Part shown: piece by piece, positions 18,138 through 27,580 of the stretch | Position numbering within the stretch: position 1 is the first letter of the stretch | Layout of the letters: every line of letters begins with the position of its first letter | Assembly (NCBI GenBank): GCA_965213705.1 | Contig: OZ243913.1 | Span: forward strand, 3,040,001-3,104,000 | Source: Trueperaceae bacterium | GTDB lineage: Bacteria; Deinococcota; Deinococci; Deinococcales; Trueperaceae | Direction of reading: 5' to 3' | DNA length: 64,000 nt | Notes under the pieces: model-generated | The model's database searches: none | What the model was told of the DNA's origin: nothing | The model's input: the letters and a program-made list of their open reading frames with translations, nothing else | Translations under genes and position numbers: made by a program

Positions 18138-19253
18138 ATGTTTCGAAACGCCATAAAGTTACCTTTCAAGTTGCTCGGTATCCCCATCAGTTTGGACCGC
18201 TCGTTTTTGATCGTGTTGCCGCTGTTCGCTTGGCTTATCGGCTCGCAAGTGCCCAACTACTTAGCCGCGCTCGGCGGCGCGGTAGACCCACGGTTGTCGA
18301 CCGGGACTTTTCCTTACCTTCTCGGCCTCGCCGCCGCCGTAGGGTTGTTTGCCAGCGTGCTGGTTCACGAACTCGGGCACGCCGTCGCCGGGCGCATGTA
18401 CGGGGTTAAGACGAAAGAAATCACTTTGTGGTTTTTCGGCGGCGTCGCGCAGTTCGATGACATGCCGCGGCAGCGCGGCGCGGAAGCCGTCGTCGCTATC
18501 GCCGGACCCGTCACCAGCGTTGCGCTCGCAGGACTTTTTTGGGGCGTGCTGCAGGCCGGCAGCTTCGGCCCGGCCGCACTGTTCGTCGTGAGCTACCTTG
18601 TCTATACCAACGGCGCACTCGCCGTGTTCAACCTGCTGCCCGCCCTACCCCTCGACGGCGGTAGGGTGCTGCGCTCGCTCCTCGCGCTCAAACTCGACCA
18701 CTTGCGCGCGACCAAAATCTCGGTGCGGGTAAGCCAGGTGGCGGCCGTGCTGCTGGGGTTGTTTGGGCTTTACAGCCGCAACTTTTTCTTGGCGGCCATC
18801 GCCTTTTTTATCTTCAACGCCAGCCGCAACGAGGCGCGTTACGCCGTCGTCACCCGGGCTCTCGACCCCTTGAAGGTGCGCGACCTGATGCACCGCGAGG
18901 TCGTGACCGTCGAACCCGAAATGCGGCTCGAGAGCTTCACCCAACTCCTCGCCTTTAAGCGGCAAGCGAGCTTTCCGGTGGTAGACCGCGACGGCCACCT
19001 GCTCGGCCTGGTTACCCGGCACGCGGCCGAGGGCCGACCGGGCGACGCAGAAGTAGGCAGCGTCGTCAGCCCCGCCGAGACGATTCTCGAAGACGAGGAC
19101 GCGCTTCAGGCCTTAAAACGCATGGCGGGCAACAGCTTGGGGCAACTCATCGTGACCGACGCCCTCGGCAAACTCGTGGGCACACTCAGCGCCGCCGACC
19201 TGGCCCGGCGCATGCAAGACCCCGCGCAGCAAACCGCTCCCGTCAACGTTTAA
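18138..19253 (+). CDS. Site-2 protease (M50) with CBS domains
   Basis: HELGH, AIAGP, FNLLPALPLDGG, C-terminal CBS pair; ATG 18138 preceded by TACACT. Confidence 0.92.
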   Translation: MFRNAIKLPFKLLGIPISLDRSFLIVLPLFAWLIGSQVPNYLAALGGAVDPRLSTGTFPYLLGLAAAVGLFASVLVHELGHAVAGRMYGVKTKEITLWFFGGVAQFDDMPRQRGAEAVVAIAGPVTSVALAGLFWGVLQAGSFGPAALFVVSYLVYTNGALAVFNLLPALPLDGGRVLRSLLALKLDHLRATKISVRVSQVAAVLLGLFGLYSRNFFLAAIAFFIFNASRNEARYAVVTRALDPLKVRDLMHREVVTVEPEMRLESFTQLLAFKRQASFPVVDRDGHLLGLVTRHAAEGRPGDAEVGSVVSPAETILEDEDALQALKRMAGNSLGQLIVTDALGKLVGTLSAADLARRMQDPAQQTAPVNV

Positions 19254-19394
19254 GGGAAACGCTGTTCGTTATTTGGTCGTTCGTCGTTCGTTTTTGCCGA
19301 GAACCAAGAACGAATGACGAACGGCTGTTTGAGGTCGCCCCCATCCGTTAGCTGTCGTACCGACGAGGCTCACCCACTCTGCCATACTCTGAAG

Positions 19395-20480
19395 ATGCTC
19401 ACCGCTCTCGTTTTTCTCGTCATCCTGACGACGGCCGTCGTCATTCACGAACTCGCGCACTACTTCAACGCCAAAAGCGTCGGGTTGGAGGTGCGGGCGT
19501 TCAGCGTCGGCATGGGGCCGGTGGTGTGGCGCAAGCTGTGGCGCGGCACCGAGTGGCGCTTGTCGCTGCTGCCCTTGGGCGGCTACGTCGACATCCCCGG
19601 TATGGCCCCCAAACAAGACGACGCGGGGCAGTTGCAACACCCCGACGAAGGCTTTGCCACCCGCACGCTGCCTCAAAAGCTGTGGGTCTTGGTAGGCGGC
19701 GTGCTGGCGAACTTCGCCCTGGCGGTACTGCTGATGGCGGTGGTGCTGGCGAACGACCCCCTCACCCGCGCCGGAGCGCTCGAGCTGGACGTACCCCTCC
19801 AAACCGAAATCGGGGGCGTGCTGGCGGACTCGCCCGGGGAAAGCCTGGGCTTGGCGGCGGGAGACCGCGTTTTGGCCGTCAACGGCATCGAAAACCCGAG
19901 CGTTCAACAGCTCATCGACACCATCCAGAGCGCGAACGGGCTCGAGCTGAAGTTGCTCAGAGACAACGAGACCCTGACCGTGACAACCGACTGGCCGCCG
20001 TTCGGCACGGAAGTCCCGCGGCTCGGCGTCAACATCGGCGCGGTGCCGACCGAGCTGCCGCCCAACCCCACTTTTGTCAGGGCGTTGGGTGAGTCCAGCA
20101 CGTTCTTGATTCGCTTTGTGCCGGAAGCGGTGACGGGCTTCGTGCGCGGCTTCGGCGCAGTCCTGACCGGGCAAAAGAGCGAGGACGTGGCCGGACCGGT
20201 ACAGCTCGTCAACTACACTTCTCAGGCGGCTAAAGCAGGTTTCATCCCTGTTTTGTTCTTAGCCGCCCTCATCAACTTCTCGCTCGCCATTTTCAACTTG
20301 TTGCCGATTCCGGGGTTGGACGGCGGCCGGATGTTGCTGGCAGCAATCGTCTCCCTGCGCGGACGACCCTTCAAACCGGGCCAGGAAGAGTTTGTCCACT
20401 TTTTGGGCTTTATGGCGATTCTCGCGTTTATGGTGCTTATTACCTTCAACGAGGTCAGCGGCCTTTTCACACGAGGTTAG
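19395..20480 (+). CDS. rseP: RIP metalloprotease RseP (M50 + PDZ)
   Basis: HELAH, FSVGMGP, LPLGGYV, GLAAGDRVLAVNG PDZ, NLLPIPGLDGG; close to dxr. Confidence 0.9.
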   Translation: MLTALVFLVILTTAVVIHELAHYFNAKSVGLEVRAFSVGMGPVVWRKLWRGTEWRLSLLPLGGYVDIPGMAPKQDDAGQLQHPDEGFATRTLPQKLWVLVGGVLANFALAVLLMAVVLANDPLTRAGALELDVPLQTEIGGVLADSPGESLGLAAGDRVLAVNGIENPSVQQLIDTIQSANGLELKLLRDNETLTVTTDWPPFGTEVPRLGVNIGAVPTELPPNPTFVRALGESSTFLIRFVPEAVTGFVRGFGAVLTGQKSEDVAGPVQLVNYTSQAAKAGFIPVLFLAALINFSLAIFNLLPIPGLDGGRMLLAAIVSLRGRPFKPGQEEFVHFLGFMAILAFMVLITFNEVSGLFTRG

Positions 20481-20525
20481 GTCGACCCGTGTTGATGTGA
20501 CTCGTACCGACGTGAACGTGTTGAC

Positions 20526-21191
20526 GTGAACCTTTATCCCCCCAATCCCGACCTGGGCGGCGCTTGCGGCGTCCTCATTCCGGCTTTCAACGAGGAAACG
20601 ACGGTAGCAAGGGTCGTCGAAGTGGCGCGCGCCGCCCGCCTGGGGCCGGTGTTGGTGGTCGATGACGGTTCCGACGACGCGACCCGGGCGGCTGCCCTGC
20701 AAGCGGGCGCGGTCGTCCTCACGCTGCTTGCCAATTCGGGCAAAGGCGGCGCGGTTTTCGTGGGCGCTTCAATGTTGCAAACTCGTGTCGTCGTCCTCTT
20801 GGACGCCGACCTCGTCGGGCTCACGCCTCAACACGTACACGACCTGGCGCGGCCGGTGCTGGACCACACCCTGGACATGACGCGCGGCGTGTTCCTTGGC
20901 GGGCGCTGGCGCACGACGGCCGCACAAAACCTGGTGCCCGTACTGAACGGCCAGCGGGCGCTGGTGCGCAGAAAACTGCTCGGCGTGCCCGGTCTGGCGG
21001 CAAGCCGCTACGGCTTGGAAGTTTTGATGACCGAACAAGCCAAGTACGAGGCCTGGCGCACGGGCGACGTGCCCTTGCGCGGCGTGTCGCAAGTCATGAA
21101 AGAGGAAAAACGGGGGTTTCGGCAGGGGTTCCAGGTGCGCCTCCGCATGTACCGGGACATCCTCGAGGCTTATATCAAGACACGAGCCTGA
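20526..21191 (+). CDS. Glycosyltransferase family 2
   Basis: IPAFNEE, VVDDGSDD, NSGKGGA, LDAD. Confidence 0.9.
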   Translation: MNLYPPNPDLGGACGVLIPAFNEETTVARVVEVARAARLGPVLVVDDGSDDATRAAALQAGAVVLTLLANSGKGGAVFVGASMLQTRVVVLLDADLVGLTPQHVHDLARPVLDHTLDMTRGVFLGGRWRTTAAQNLVPVLNGQRALVRRKLLGVPGLAASRYGLEVLMTEQAKYEAWRTGDVPLRGVSQVMKEEKRGFRQGFQVRLRMYRDILEAYIKTRA

Positions 21192-21202
21192 TACACTCGC
21201 CT

Positions 21203-21835
21203 ATGGCGCTTATCCTCAAACGTTTCACCGTCGGCCCGCTGCTGGAAAACTGCTACCTCCTCAGCGACCCGGCCTCCAACCGAGCGGTCCTTGTCGACCC
21301 CGGCGACGAGGCCGAACGGTTGTTGCAGGCCTTGAGCAGCGACGGTTTGAAGTTGCAAGCCGTGTGGCTGACGCACGCCCACTTCGACCATATAGGCGCG
21401 CTCGCGGACCTTGAAGAGGCGTTGAATGTCCCAGTTTACCTCCACCCGGCCGACCTGCCGCTGTACGAAAACGCGGCGCAGGCGGCGCGACTCTGGGAAA
21501 TCCCCTTCAAACAGCCGCGGTCCAAGCCGCTCGAGCTTGCCGACGCCCAGACGCTCACTCTCGGTGACGCCGAAGTCCACTGCTTGTTTACGCCCGGCCA
21601 CGCCCCCGGCCACGTCGCGTTTTACGTGCCGAGCGAGGGCTTGGTGCTGGCGGGCGATGCCCTGTTCCAAGGCTCCATCGGCCGTACCGACCTGCCGATG
21701 GGCGACCACGCGCAACTTTTGGAGAGCATCAAAACAAAGCTCCTCACCCTGCCGGATGAAACCGTCGTTTACCCCGGTCACGGGCCGGAGACGACGGTGG
21801 GGCGGGAGAAGGGGAGCAATCCATTTCTGCAGTGA
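21203..21835 (+). CDS. MBL-fold metallo-hydrolase (glyoxalase II-like)
   Basis: THAHFDHIG, TPGHAPG, GDALF, YPGHG. Confidence 0.93.
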   Translation: MALILKRFTVGPLLENCYLLSDPASNRAVLVDPGDEAERLLQALSSDGLKLQAVWLTHAHFDHIGALADLEEALNVPVYLHPADLPLYENAAQAARLWEIPFKQPRSKPLELADAQTLTLGDAEVHCLFTPGHAPGHVAFYVPSEGLVLAGDALFQGSIGRTDLPMGDHAQLLESIKTKLLTLPDETVVYPGHGPETTVGREKGSNPFLQ

Positions 21836-21849
21836 AAGCAGTCCTCTTC

Positions 21850-22035
21850 TCACAGCTTTGTCAAACCGAGTTGCTTGCGGATGACCTCACACAAACTTTC
21901 TTTGAGTTCGGAATGGCGAGGCACGGGCGACTTTTTCCCGTTGCGCAAGTTAACGTAAAGGTCGTGCTTTTTGCCATGTCTTTGCAAGTAGCAACCAGCG
22001 TCTACAAATTCACGGACAAAGTCACGGCGCTTCAC
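21850..22035 (-). CDS. hicA: HicA-family toxin
   Basis: 61 aa, RHGKKHD...VPRHSEL...IRKQLG. Confidence 0.88.
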   Translation of the reverse strand: MKRRDFVREFVDAGCYLQRHGKKHDLYVNLRNGKKSPVPRHSELKESLCEVIRKQLGLTKL

Positions 22036-22238
22036 ACCTCAAGGGCGAACTCTTTGGTTTTAACATCGGCATGAGGTGGTGAGGTTTCATCTCCCACGAC
22101 GAGGTCAAAAGCGTCTTTGATATTTTCTTCGAGTTCTTCCAACGTCTCCCCCTGGCTGAAGACACCAGGTATTTCCCGAAGTCGGCCTACATACCAGCCA
22201 TCGTCTTGCCAGTACTCGAGCGTGTAGTGTCGCACCAA
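22032..22238 (-). CDS. hicB: HicB-family antitoxin (short form)
   Basis: DGWYVG...PGVFSQGETLEELEENIKDA; 4-nt overlap with hicA. Confidence 0.88.
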   Translation of the reverse strand: MVRHYTLEYWQDDGWYVGRLREIPGVFSQGETLEELEENIKDAFDLVVGDETSPPHADVKTKEFALEV

Positions 22239-22256
22239 GTGAACCTCCGAACCTAA

Positions 22257-22916
22257 TTATGCCTTGTTCTCGAGCCACGCCCTAATCACCCCGTACGCCG
22301 CGCTCGGGACGCGGTGGCCGCCCGGTACTTCATACCAGGTGAGGTCGGCGCAGCGGGTTTGCAGTTGCGCCTTGAACACGGCGGTTTTTGCGGGTGGATA
22401 AGCTGGGTCGGCGCTCGGCGCGACGTGCAGGACGGGTACGGGCAGGTTCGGCTCCGGTTCTGACTTAGGCCAATCCGAGGGCGTCGCCCCCGCGACCGCG
22501 ACGACGCCCCGCACGAGTTCGGGATGCGCCGCGGCGAAGCGGTAGTTCAGGCTCACGCTCTGCGAAAAGCCGAACAAAAAGGCTTTAGGCTCGCTCGTCA
22601 CGCCTTCCTTAAAAAGTTCCCCAATCACGTGCCGCAAAAAAGCGTGATGATTGTCGACGTCTTCTTGCGGCTCGAAGCTGCTGACCCAACTGAAACCCGC
22701 GCCGACAATCTTGCCGCCCTCGACCCTGTGATGTGGGTGCGGGGCTTGCAGCGCGGCCGTCGGCCAGTCCAGTCCGAGCGAACGCCCGAAGTGCAGCGCG
22801 TCCGCCACGCTTTGCCCGTAGCCGTGGAGACAGACGAGAAGAGGCGCCCTCGAGCCCAACCGTTCGACCCTGTAGCGGTAAGAAATCGGTAGTTTGACGC
22901 TCCGCTCGTCAGGCAT
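22257..22916 (-). CDS. Alpha/beta hydrolase (phospholipase/carboxylesterase-like)
   Basis: LHGYGQ, FGFSQ nucleophile, D and GGH triad positions. Confidence 0.82.
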   Translation of the reverse strand: MPDERSVKLPISYRYRVERLGSRAPLLVCLHGYGQSVADALHFGRSLGLDWPTAALQAPHPHHRVEGGKIVGAGFSWVSSFEPQEDVDNHHAFLRHVIGELFKEGVTSEPKAFLFGFSQSVSLNYRFAAAHPELVRGVVAVAGATPSDWPKSEPEPNLPVPVLHVAPSADPAYPPAKTAVFKAQLQTRCADLTWYEVPGGHRVPSAAYGVIRAWLENKA

Positions 22917-22930
22917 TACAGGGCCTGCGC

Positions 22931-23548
22931 TCAGCGGATGATGCCGAGGTGATAAGCCGACAGGATGACGAGTTCGCGCAGGAGGTAGGGGCTGCGGTTC
23001 AGGGGGGTTTTTACGGGCGCGAGTTCGGGCGCGTAGCCCAGGTGCTCGGCGAGCCAGCGCGTCCGGTAGGCGTGCAGGTCGTCGGTGACGATGGTGAGGG
23101 CGCGCTCGTCCAGCAGCGGCGCGGCGTTAGCCAGGTTTTGGTAGCTCGTGGTGCTGGTCGTCTCGCTGGCGAGGGCCGCGGCGGGAACGCCCTTGGTCGC
23201 GAGGTAGCGCACCCCGGACACGCCCTCGGTATAGACATCGCCCGCTTGTTTGCCGCCGGTCACGACGACGCGCTCGGCGCAGCCCTGGCGGTACAACTCC
23301 AAGGCCTTGTCGAGCCGCCGCTGAAACGCGGGCGAGGGTACGCCGTTGTACTGGGCCGCGCCCATCACCAGCACAGTGTCGGCGCGGCAGGTGAGCCGGG
23401 CTCCTTGCGGGTACAGCAAGATGCCGACGCCGTCGCGGAGGACGAACAGCGCCAAGACGAGCGGGACGAGGAGCCACAGCCGCAACCCCTGCGGCCGGGC
23501 GCGGCGCGCGCTAGTCTTTGGACAAGCGGGACTCAATCGCTCGAGCAT
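22931..23548 (-). CDS. YdcF/DUF218 family membrane protein
   Basis: VLVMGAAQY...RRLDKA...VTGG...ETTSTTSYQN...VTDDLHAYR; start uncertain. Confidence 0.85.
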   Translation of the reverse strand: MLERLSPACPKTSARRARPQGLRLWLLVPLVLALFVLRDGVGILLYPQGARLTCRADTVLVMGAAQYNGVPSPAFQRRLDKALELYRQGCAERVVVTGGKQAGDVYTEGVSGVRYLATKGVPAAALASETTSTTSYQNLANAAPLLDERALTIVTDDLHAYRTRWLAEHLGYAPELAPVKTPLNRSPYLLRELVILSAYHLGIIR

Positions 23549-24782
23549 GAGCTTCCAACCCTTCCGCCCGCGCCATTGTCGCGGCGGCGGGACCGACTTG
23601 TTCGACCAGGGACTTGTCCAAACTCACTATTGGAATCACTTTTTGAAAGTCACGGACGTTGACGGCGCTCGCAAATCTAGCCGTGCCGCCGGTCGGCATC
23701 ACGTGGCTCGGCCCGGCGACGTAGTCGCCCAGCGCTTCCGTGCTGTACGCGCCGACGAACAGGCCGCCCGCGTGCTTGACCCCCGGCACCAGTGCCCACG
23801 GGTCGCGCACCAGCAAACACAAGTGTTCGGGCGCGTAGGCGTTGGCAACCTCGACGGCCTCGGTAAGCGTAGCGACCAAAACGGCGACGCCGCGCGTCTC
23901 GAGGGAGGCTCGAGCGCTTCTACCCGTGGGCAGGCTGCGCAGTTGGGGCTCGAGGGTGTTCAGGACGGTTTCCAACAGCGTTCCGCTCGTCGTGACCAGC
24001 ACCGGCTGCGCCCCGTCGTGCTCGGCCTGCGCAAGCAGGTCGGCCGCGACGTGGTGGGCGTCTGCGGTTTCGTCGGCGATGACAAGCGTTTCGGTAGGAC
24101 CGGGCAGGGCCTCGATGCCGACCTCGCCGTAGACGAGCTGTTTGGCAAGCATGGTGAGCGCGCTGCCGGGGCCGACGATTTTGTCGACCGGAGAAACCGT
24201 TTCGGTGCCGTAGGCGAGGGCGGCTACAGCGACCGGCCCGCCAAGTCGGTAAACCGTGTCGACGCCGATTTCGTGCGCCGCGGCGAGGATTTCGACCGGA
24301 ACATTGCCGTTTTTGTCGGCCGGCGAAGCTATCACGATGTCGGGCACGCCCGCGACCTGCGCGGGGACGGCGGTCATGAGGAGGGTACTAAAGAGCGGCG
24401 CTTGCCCACCCGGCACGTAACAAGCCACGCGCTCCAAGGGCCGCACAAGCTGCCCGAGCAGCGCGCCGCCGTCCTGGACGATAAAGCCCTCTTTGGGTTG
24501 ATGTTCGTAAAAAGCGCGGATACGGCCCGCCGCTAAGCGAATCGCCGCTTTCAGGTCTTCCGGGACCTCCCGCGCCGAACTTTCAAACGCCGCCGCAGGC
24601 ACGCGCGCGTCCTCAACCCGGAAACCCCCGTAACGTTCACTCAGGTCGGCGACGGCCGCGTCGCCGCGGGTTCGGACCTCGGCCAAAATGTCGGCGACCG
24701 CCGCGCGCCGCTCGTCGGGCGCGGTCAAGTGACGGTTTCTGAAAAAGGCAAGCGCGTCTTGCACGCCGCGGAGAACTCGCAT
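23511..24782 (-). CDS. hisD: Histidinol dehydrogenase
   Basis: YVPGG, VDKIVGPG, PGPTE, DLLAQAEHD, APEHL, GDYVAGPSHVMPT. Confidence 0.97.
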   Translation of the reverse strand: MRVLRGVQDALAFFRNRHLTAPDERRAAVADILAEVRTRGDAAVADLSERYGGFRVEDARVPAAAFESSAREVPEDLKAAIRLAAGRIRAFYEHQPKEGFIVQDGGALLGQLVRPLERVACYVPGGQAPLFSTLLMTAVPAQVAGVPDIVIASPADKNGNVPVEILAAAHEIGVDTVYRLGGPVAVAALAYGTETVSPVDKIVGPGSALTMLAKQLVYGEVGIEALPGPTETLVIADETADAHHVAADLLAQAEHDGAQPVLVTTSGTLLETVLNTLEPQLRSLPTGRSARASLETRGVAVLVATLTEAVEVANAYAPEHLCLLVRDPWALVPGVKHAGGLFVGAYSTEALGDYVAGPSHVMPTGGTARFASAVNVRDFQKVIPIVSLDKSLVEQVGPAAATMARAEGLEAHARAIESRLSKD

Positions 24783-24942
24783 AGGACCCCATCATAAGCA
24801 GGTTTTCGCGCACGGCAATGGCGAATTTGCGACAAAAGAGCGGCGCTTTGGGGAGGACCCGTCTTCGCCCCGGCTCGCGGGGACGTTTCGGTTTGAAGAC
24901 TCGGTCCAAAGGGCGGGGCGGCGTTTCGTTAGAATGGGGCGC

Positions 24943-26085
24943 ATGGCACTTCACGTCGCAGTCGTCGGGGCGGGCATCGTCGGGGCGAGTTGCGCTTACT
25001 ACCTGAGCGAGCGCGGGGCGCGGGTGACCGTGCTCGAGCGCGCTCCCGCCCCCGCCTCGGGCTCGACGGCGAAGTCCGCGGCCGGGTTGCGCCACCAGTT
25101 TTCGCACCCCGAAAACGTGAAGATGTCGCTTTACAGCGCGGGCGTGTTCGGGCGTTTCGAAAAGCTCACCGGCTACGACGCGGGCTACCGCAAAGTGGGC
25201 TATCTCTTTTTGATTGCCGAGGCTTTGACCGAAACCTGGGCCAAACAGCGCGAGATGCAAACCTCTTTAGGAGCTAGGGTTGTGGGTTTGAACCTGGCGG
25301 AGACGGCCGCGCGCTTTCCTTACCTAAACTTAGGCGACGTGGCGGGCTCGAGCTTCGGACCCGACGACGGCGTGGTCGACCCGCACGCAGTCACTTTAGG
25401 CTTTTTGGCGGCGGCGCGCTCGAACGGGGCGAACATTTTGCTCGAAACAGAAGTGCTGGGTCTCTCGCAGCAGGCCGGAGTTTGGCGGCTCGAGACCACC
25501 AACGGCACTTTCAGCGTTGACGCGGTTCTCAACGCCGCGGGCGCGTTCGGGGGCGAATTCGGGGCGCGCGCCGGCCTCGACGTGCCCGTTCTCCCCTACC
25601 GCCGCAACGTCTACGCCACCGCGCCCGTGCCGGACTTTGCACACCCGACGCCGCTCGTTATCGACCTGAGCACGGGCGTGTACTTGCGCAGCGAGGGCGA
25701 GCGCTTTATCTTCGGTTTGTCGAACCTTCACGAGCCGCCCGGCGACCGGCAGGCGGTGGACTGGGCGTGGTTGGAACACACCCTCGACCTCGCCCTGCCC
25801 AGGTTTCCTTTTTTAGAAACGGCCGGCTTAGACCGCAAAGCGTGCTGGGCTGGACTCTACGAAGTCACGCCCGACCACCTGCCGATTCTCGGGCTCATGC
25901 CTGGGGTGGACGGCTTTTACAACGCCTGCGGCTTCTCCGGCCACGGCGTGCAGCACGCGCCCGCCAGCGGGCTCATCCTCAGCGAAGAAATTTTGGACGG
26001 CGCGGCGCACAGTTTCGACATCACGGACTTTCGCGTTGAGCGGTTCAGTGAGGTGAGGGCTCGAGGGGAGGCGAACATCGTCTGA
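24943..26085 (+). CDS. FAD-dependent oxidoreductase (DAO/sarcosine oxidase beta-like)
   Basis: VVGAGIVG, GSTAKSAAG, WAGLYEVTPDH, GFSGHG. Confidence 0.9.
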   Translation: MALHVAVVGAGIVGASCAYYLSERGARVTVLERAPAPASGSTAKSAAGLRHQFSHPENVKMSLYSAGVFGRFEKLTGYDAGYRKVGYLFLIAEALTETWAKQREMQTSLGARVVGLNLAETAARFPYLNLGDVAGSSFGPDDGVVDPHAVTLGFLAAARSNGANILLETEVLGLSQQAGVWRLETTNGTFSVDAVLNAAGAFGGEFGARAGLDVPVLPYRRNVYATAPVPDFAHPTPLVIDLSTGVYLRSEGERFIFGLSNLHEPPGDRQAVDWAWLEHTLDLALPRFPFLETAGLDRKACWAGLYEVTPDHLPILGLMPGVDGFYNACGFSGHGVQHAPASGLILSEEILDGAAHSFDITDFRVERFSEVRARGEANIV

Positions 26086-26112
26086 GGCGTGTCCGGCACG
26101 TTATAGTCTTGC

Positions 26113-27090
26113 ATGTCTCTAAACGTCCTCTGGCGCAGCAACTTAGCCGCCGACCTCGTCACCGACCACCGAGACTTGTTCGACTCGAGCGTCAGCCTAA
26201 CCGTCGAAACGGACAAAGACGAAGCGAAAAAGCTCAGCGGCTACGAGGTTTTGGTCGACGGCAACCCCAACGCCGCGCTGCTCGACGCGCCGACTTTAAA
26301 GCACGTCGTCGTGCCCTACGTCGGCGTGAACGACGCGTTACGCGAGAACATCCTTGCCAGGCCGCACCTGAACCTCTACAACTCGCACTTCAACGACGCT
26401 TTCGTCGCGCAGCACGCGCTGGCGCTGCTGCTCGCTTGCAGCAACCGCGTCGTCGAAGCCGACACCTTCCTTAGAAAAGGCGACTGGCGACCCCGGCACG
26501 ACGACGCCTTCGAGTCGGTCTTTTTGCCCGGCAAAACGTGTTTGCTGCTCGGCTACGGCGCGATTGGCAGGGCGGTCGAAACGCGTGTGCGCGGCCTCGG
26601 CATGAAGGTCAGCGCCTTGCGACGCGAACCGCAAAAAGGCGGCGAGGTCAAGGAATACGGCCCCGACGAGCTGCACGAAGCGCTGGGCGAGGCGGACGCG
26701 GTCGTCGTCAGCTTGCCCTCGACGCCGCAGACGAAAAACCTGTTGGACGCGGCGGCCCTCAAAGCGCTGCAGCCGGGCGGCATCCTCGTCAACGTCGGGC
26801 GGGGCGACGTTGTCGACCAGCACGCCCTTTACGACGTCTTGAAGTCACAGCACCTGTTCGCCGCCGGGCTGGACGTGTGGTGGAACTATCCCAAAGACGA
26901 ATCGGACCGGGCGCACACTCCCCCCGCCGACGCGCCGCTCTTTGAGCTGCCCAACGTCGTGCTGAGCCCGCACCGCGCCAACCAGGTGCAGGGCTGGGCG
27001 TTTGAAAGTTTGAAAGACGTCTCCCGAACGCTCAACGCGCTCGTTCAAGGCGAGGAGCGCAACCGCGTCGACCCGGACAAGGGGTACTGA
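26113..27090 (+). CDS. D-2-hydroxyacid dehydrogenase family protein
   Basis: GYGAIG, NVGRG, GLDVWW, SPHR. Confidence 0.88.
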   Translation: MSLNVLWRSNLAADLVTDHRDLFDSSVSLTVETDKDEAKKLSGYEVLVDGNPNAALLDAPTLKHVVVPYVGVNDALRENILARPHLNLYNSHFNDAFVAQHALALLLACSNRVVEADTFLRKGDWRPRHDDAFESVFLPGKTCLLLGYGAIGRAVETRVRGLGMKVSALRREPQKGGEVKEYGPDELHEALGEADAVVVSLPSTPQTKNLLDAAALKALQPGGILVNVGRGDVVDQHALYDVLKSQHLFAAGLDVWWNYPKDESDRAHTPPADAPLFELPNVVLSPHRANQVQGWAFESLKDVSRTLNALVQGEERNRVDPDKGY

Positions 27091-27117
27091 GAAGATTGAC
27101 GACTGAGAAGATTGACG
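27086..27117. repeat. Perfect 16-bp duplication over the stop codon
   Basis: ACTGAGAAGATTGACG x2. Confidence 0.9.
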
Positions 27118-27256
27118 AGCGTGCTGGTAAACATGACAAAACGGTGCGGCACAGGCGGGAGTACACCGAACCTCTTCCGGTTCACGGTTTCGTCGCTGAA
27201 AGTCTCGAGCCGTCCTGTTTCGAACACCGCCCAAACCTTGTGGGCCGCGTCGCGAG

Positions 27257-27463
27257 CTAGCGGCGGCCGGGACGGTTGAAGAGGCTACCGGCAAGTTGAA
27301 ACACGGACTCGAGCACGTACCAGGTGCCCAAAAACGCCAGACACTCGAGCGCGAAACTGTGAAACTTGTAAAAAAATTCGGCGATGAAAAACGAGATGAC
27401 GAAGCTGGGCAGCGCCCTGGCGACGACTTGACGCACGGGACTCGAGTGGATAAGTGTGAACAT
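27257..27463 (-). CDS. Small hypothetical membrane protein
   Basis: AAAGGAG RBS, two hydrophobic segments, IAEFFYKFHSFALECLAFL. Confidence 0.65.
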   Translation of the reverse strand: MFTLIHSSPVRQVVARALPSFVISFFIAEFFYKFHSFALECLAFLGTWYVLESVFQLAGSLFNRPGRR

Positions 27464-27580
27464 GGTATCTCCTTTGAGGTTTGAAAATTATACGTTTAAT
27501 GTCTTTCGGTATTGCGCCCATCCCCTGAGTAGTAACTCGAGGGATGGGCTGTAATGAAAAAGGCTTACTCGAGCTGGATT

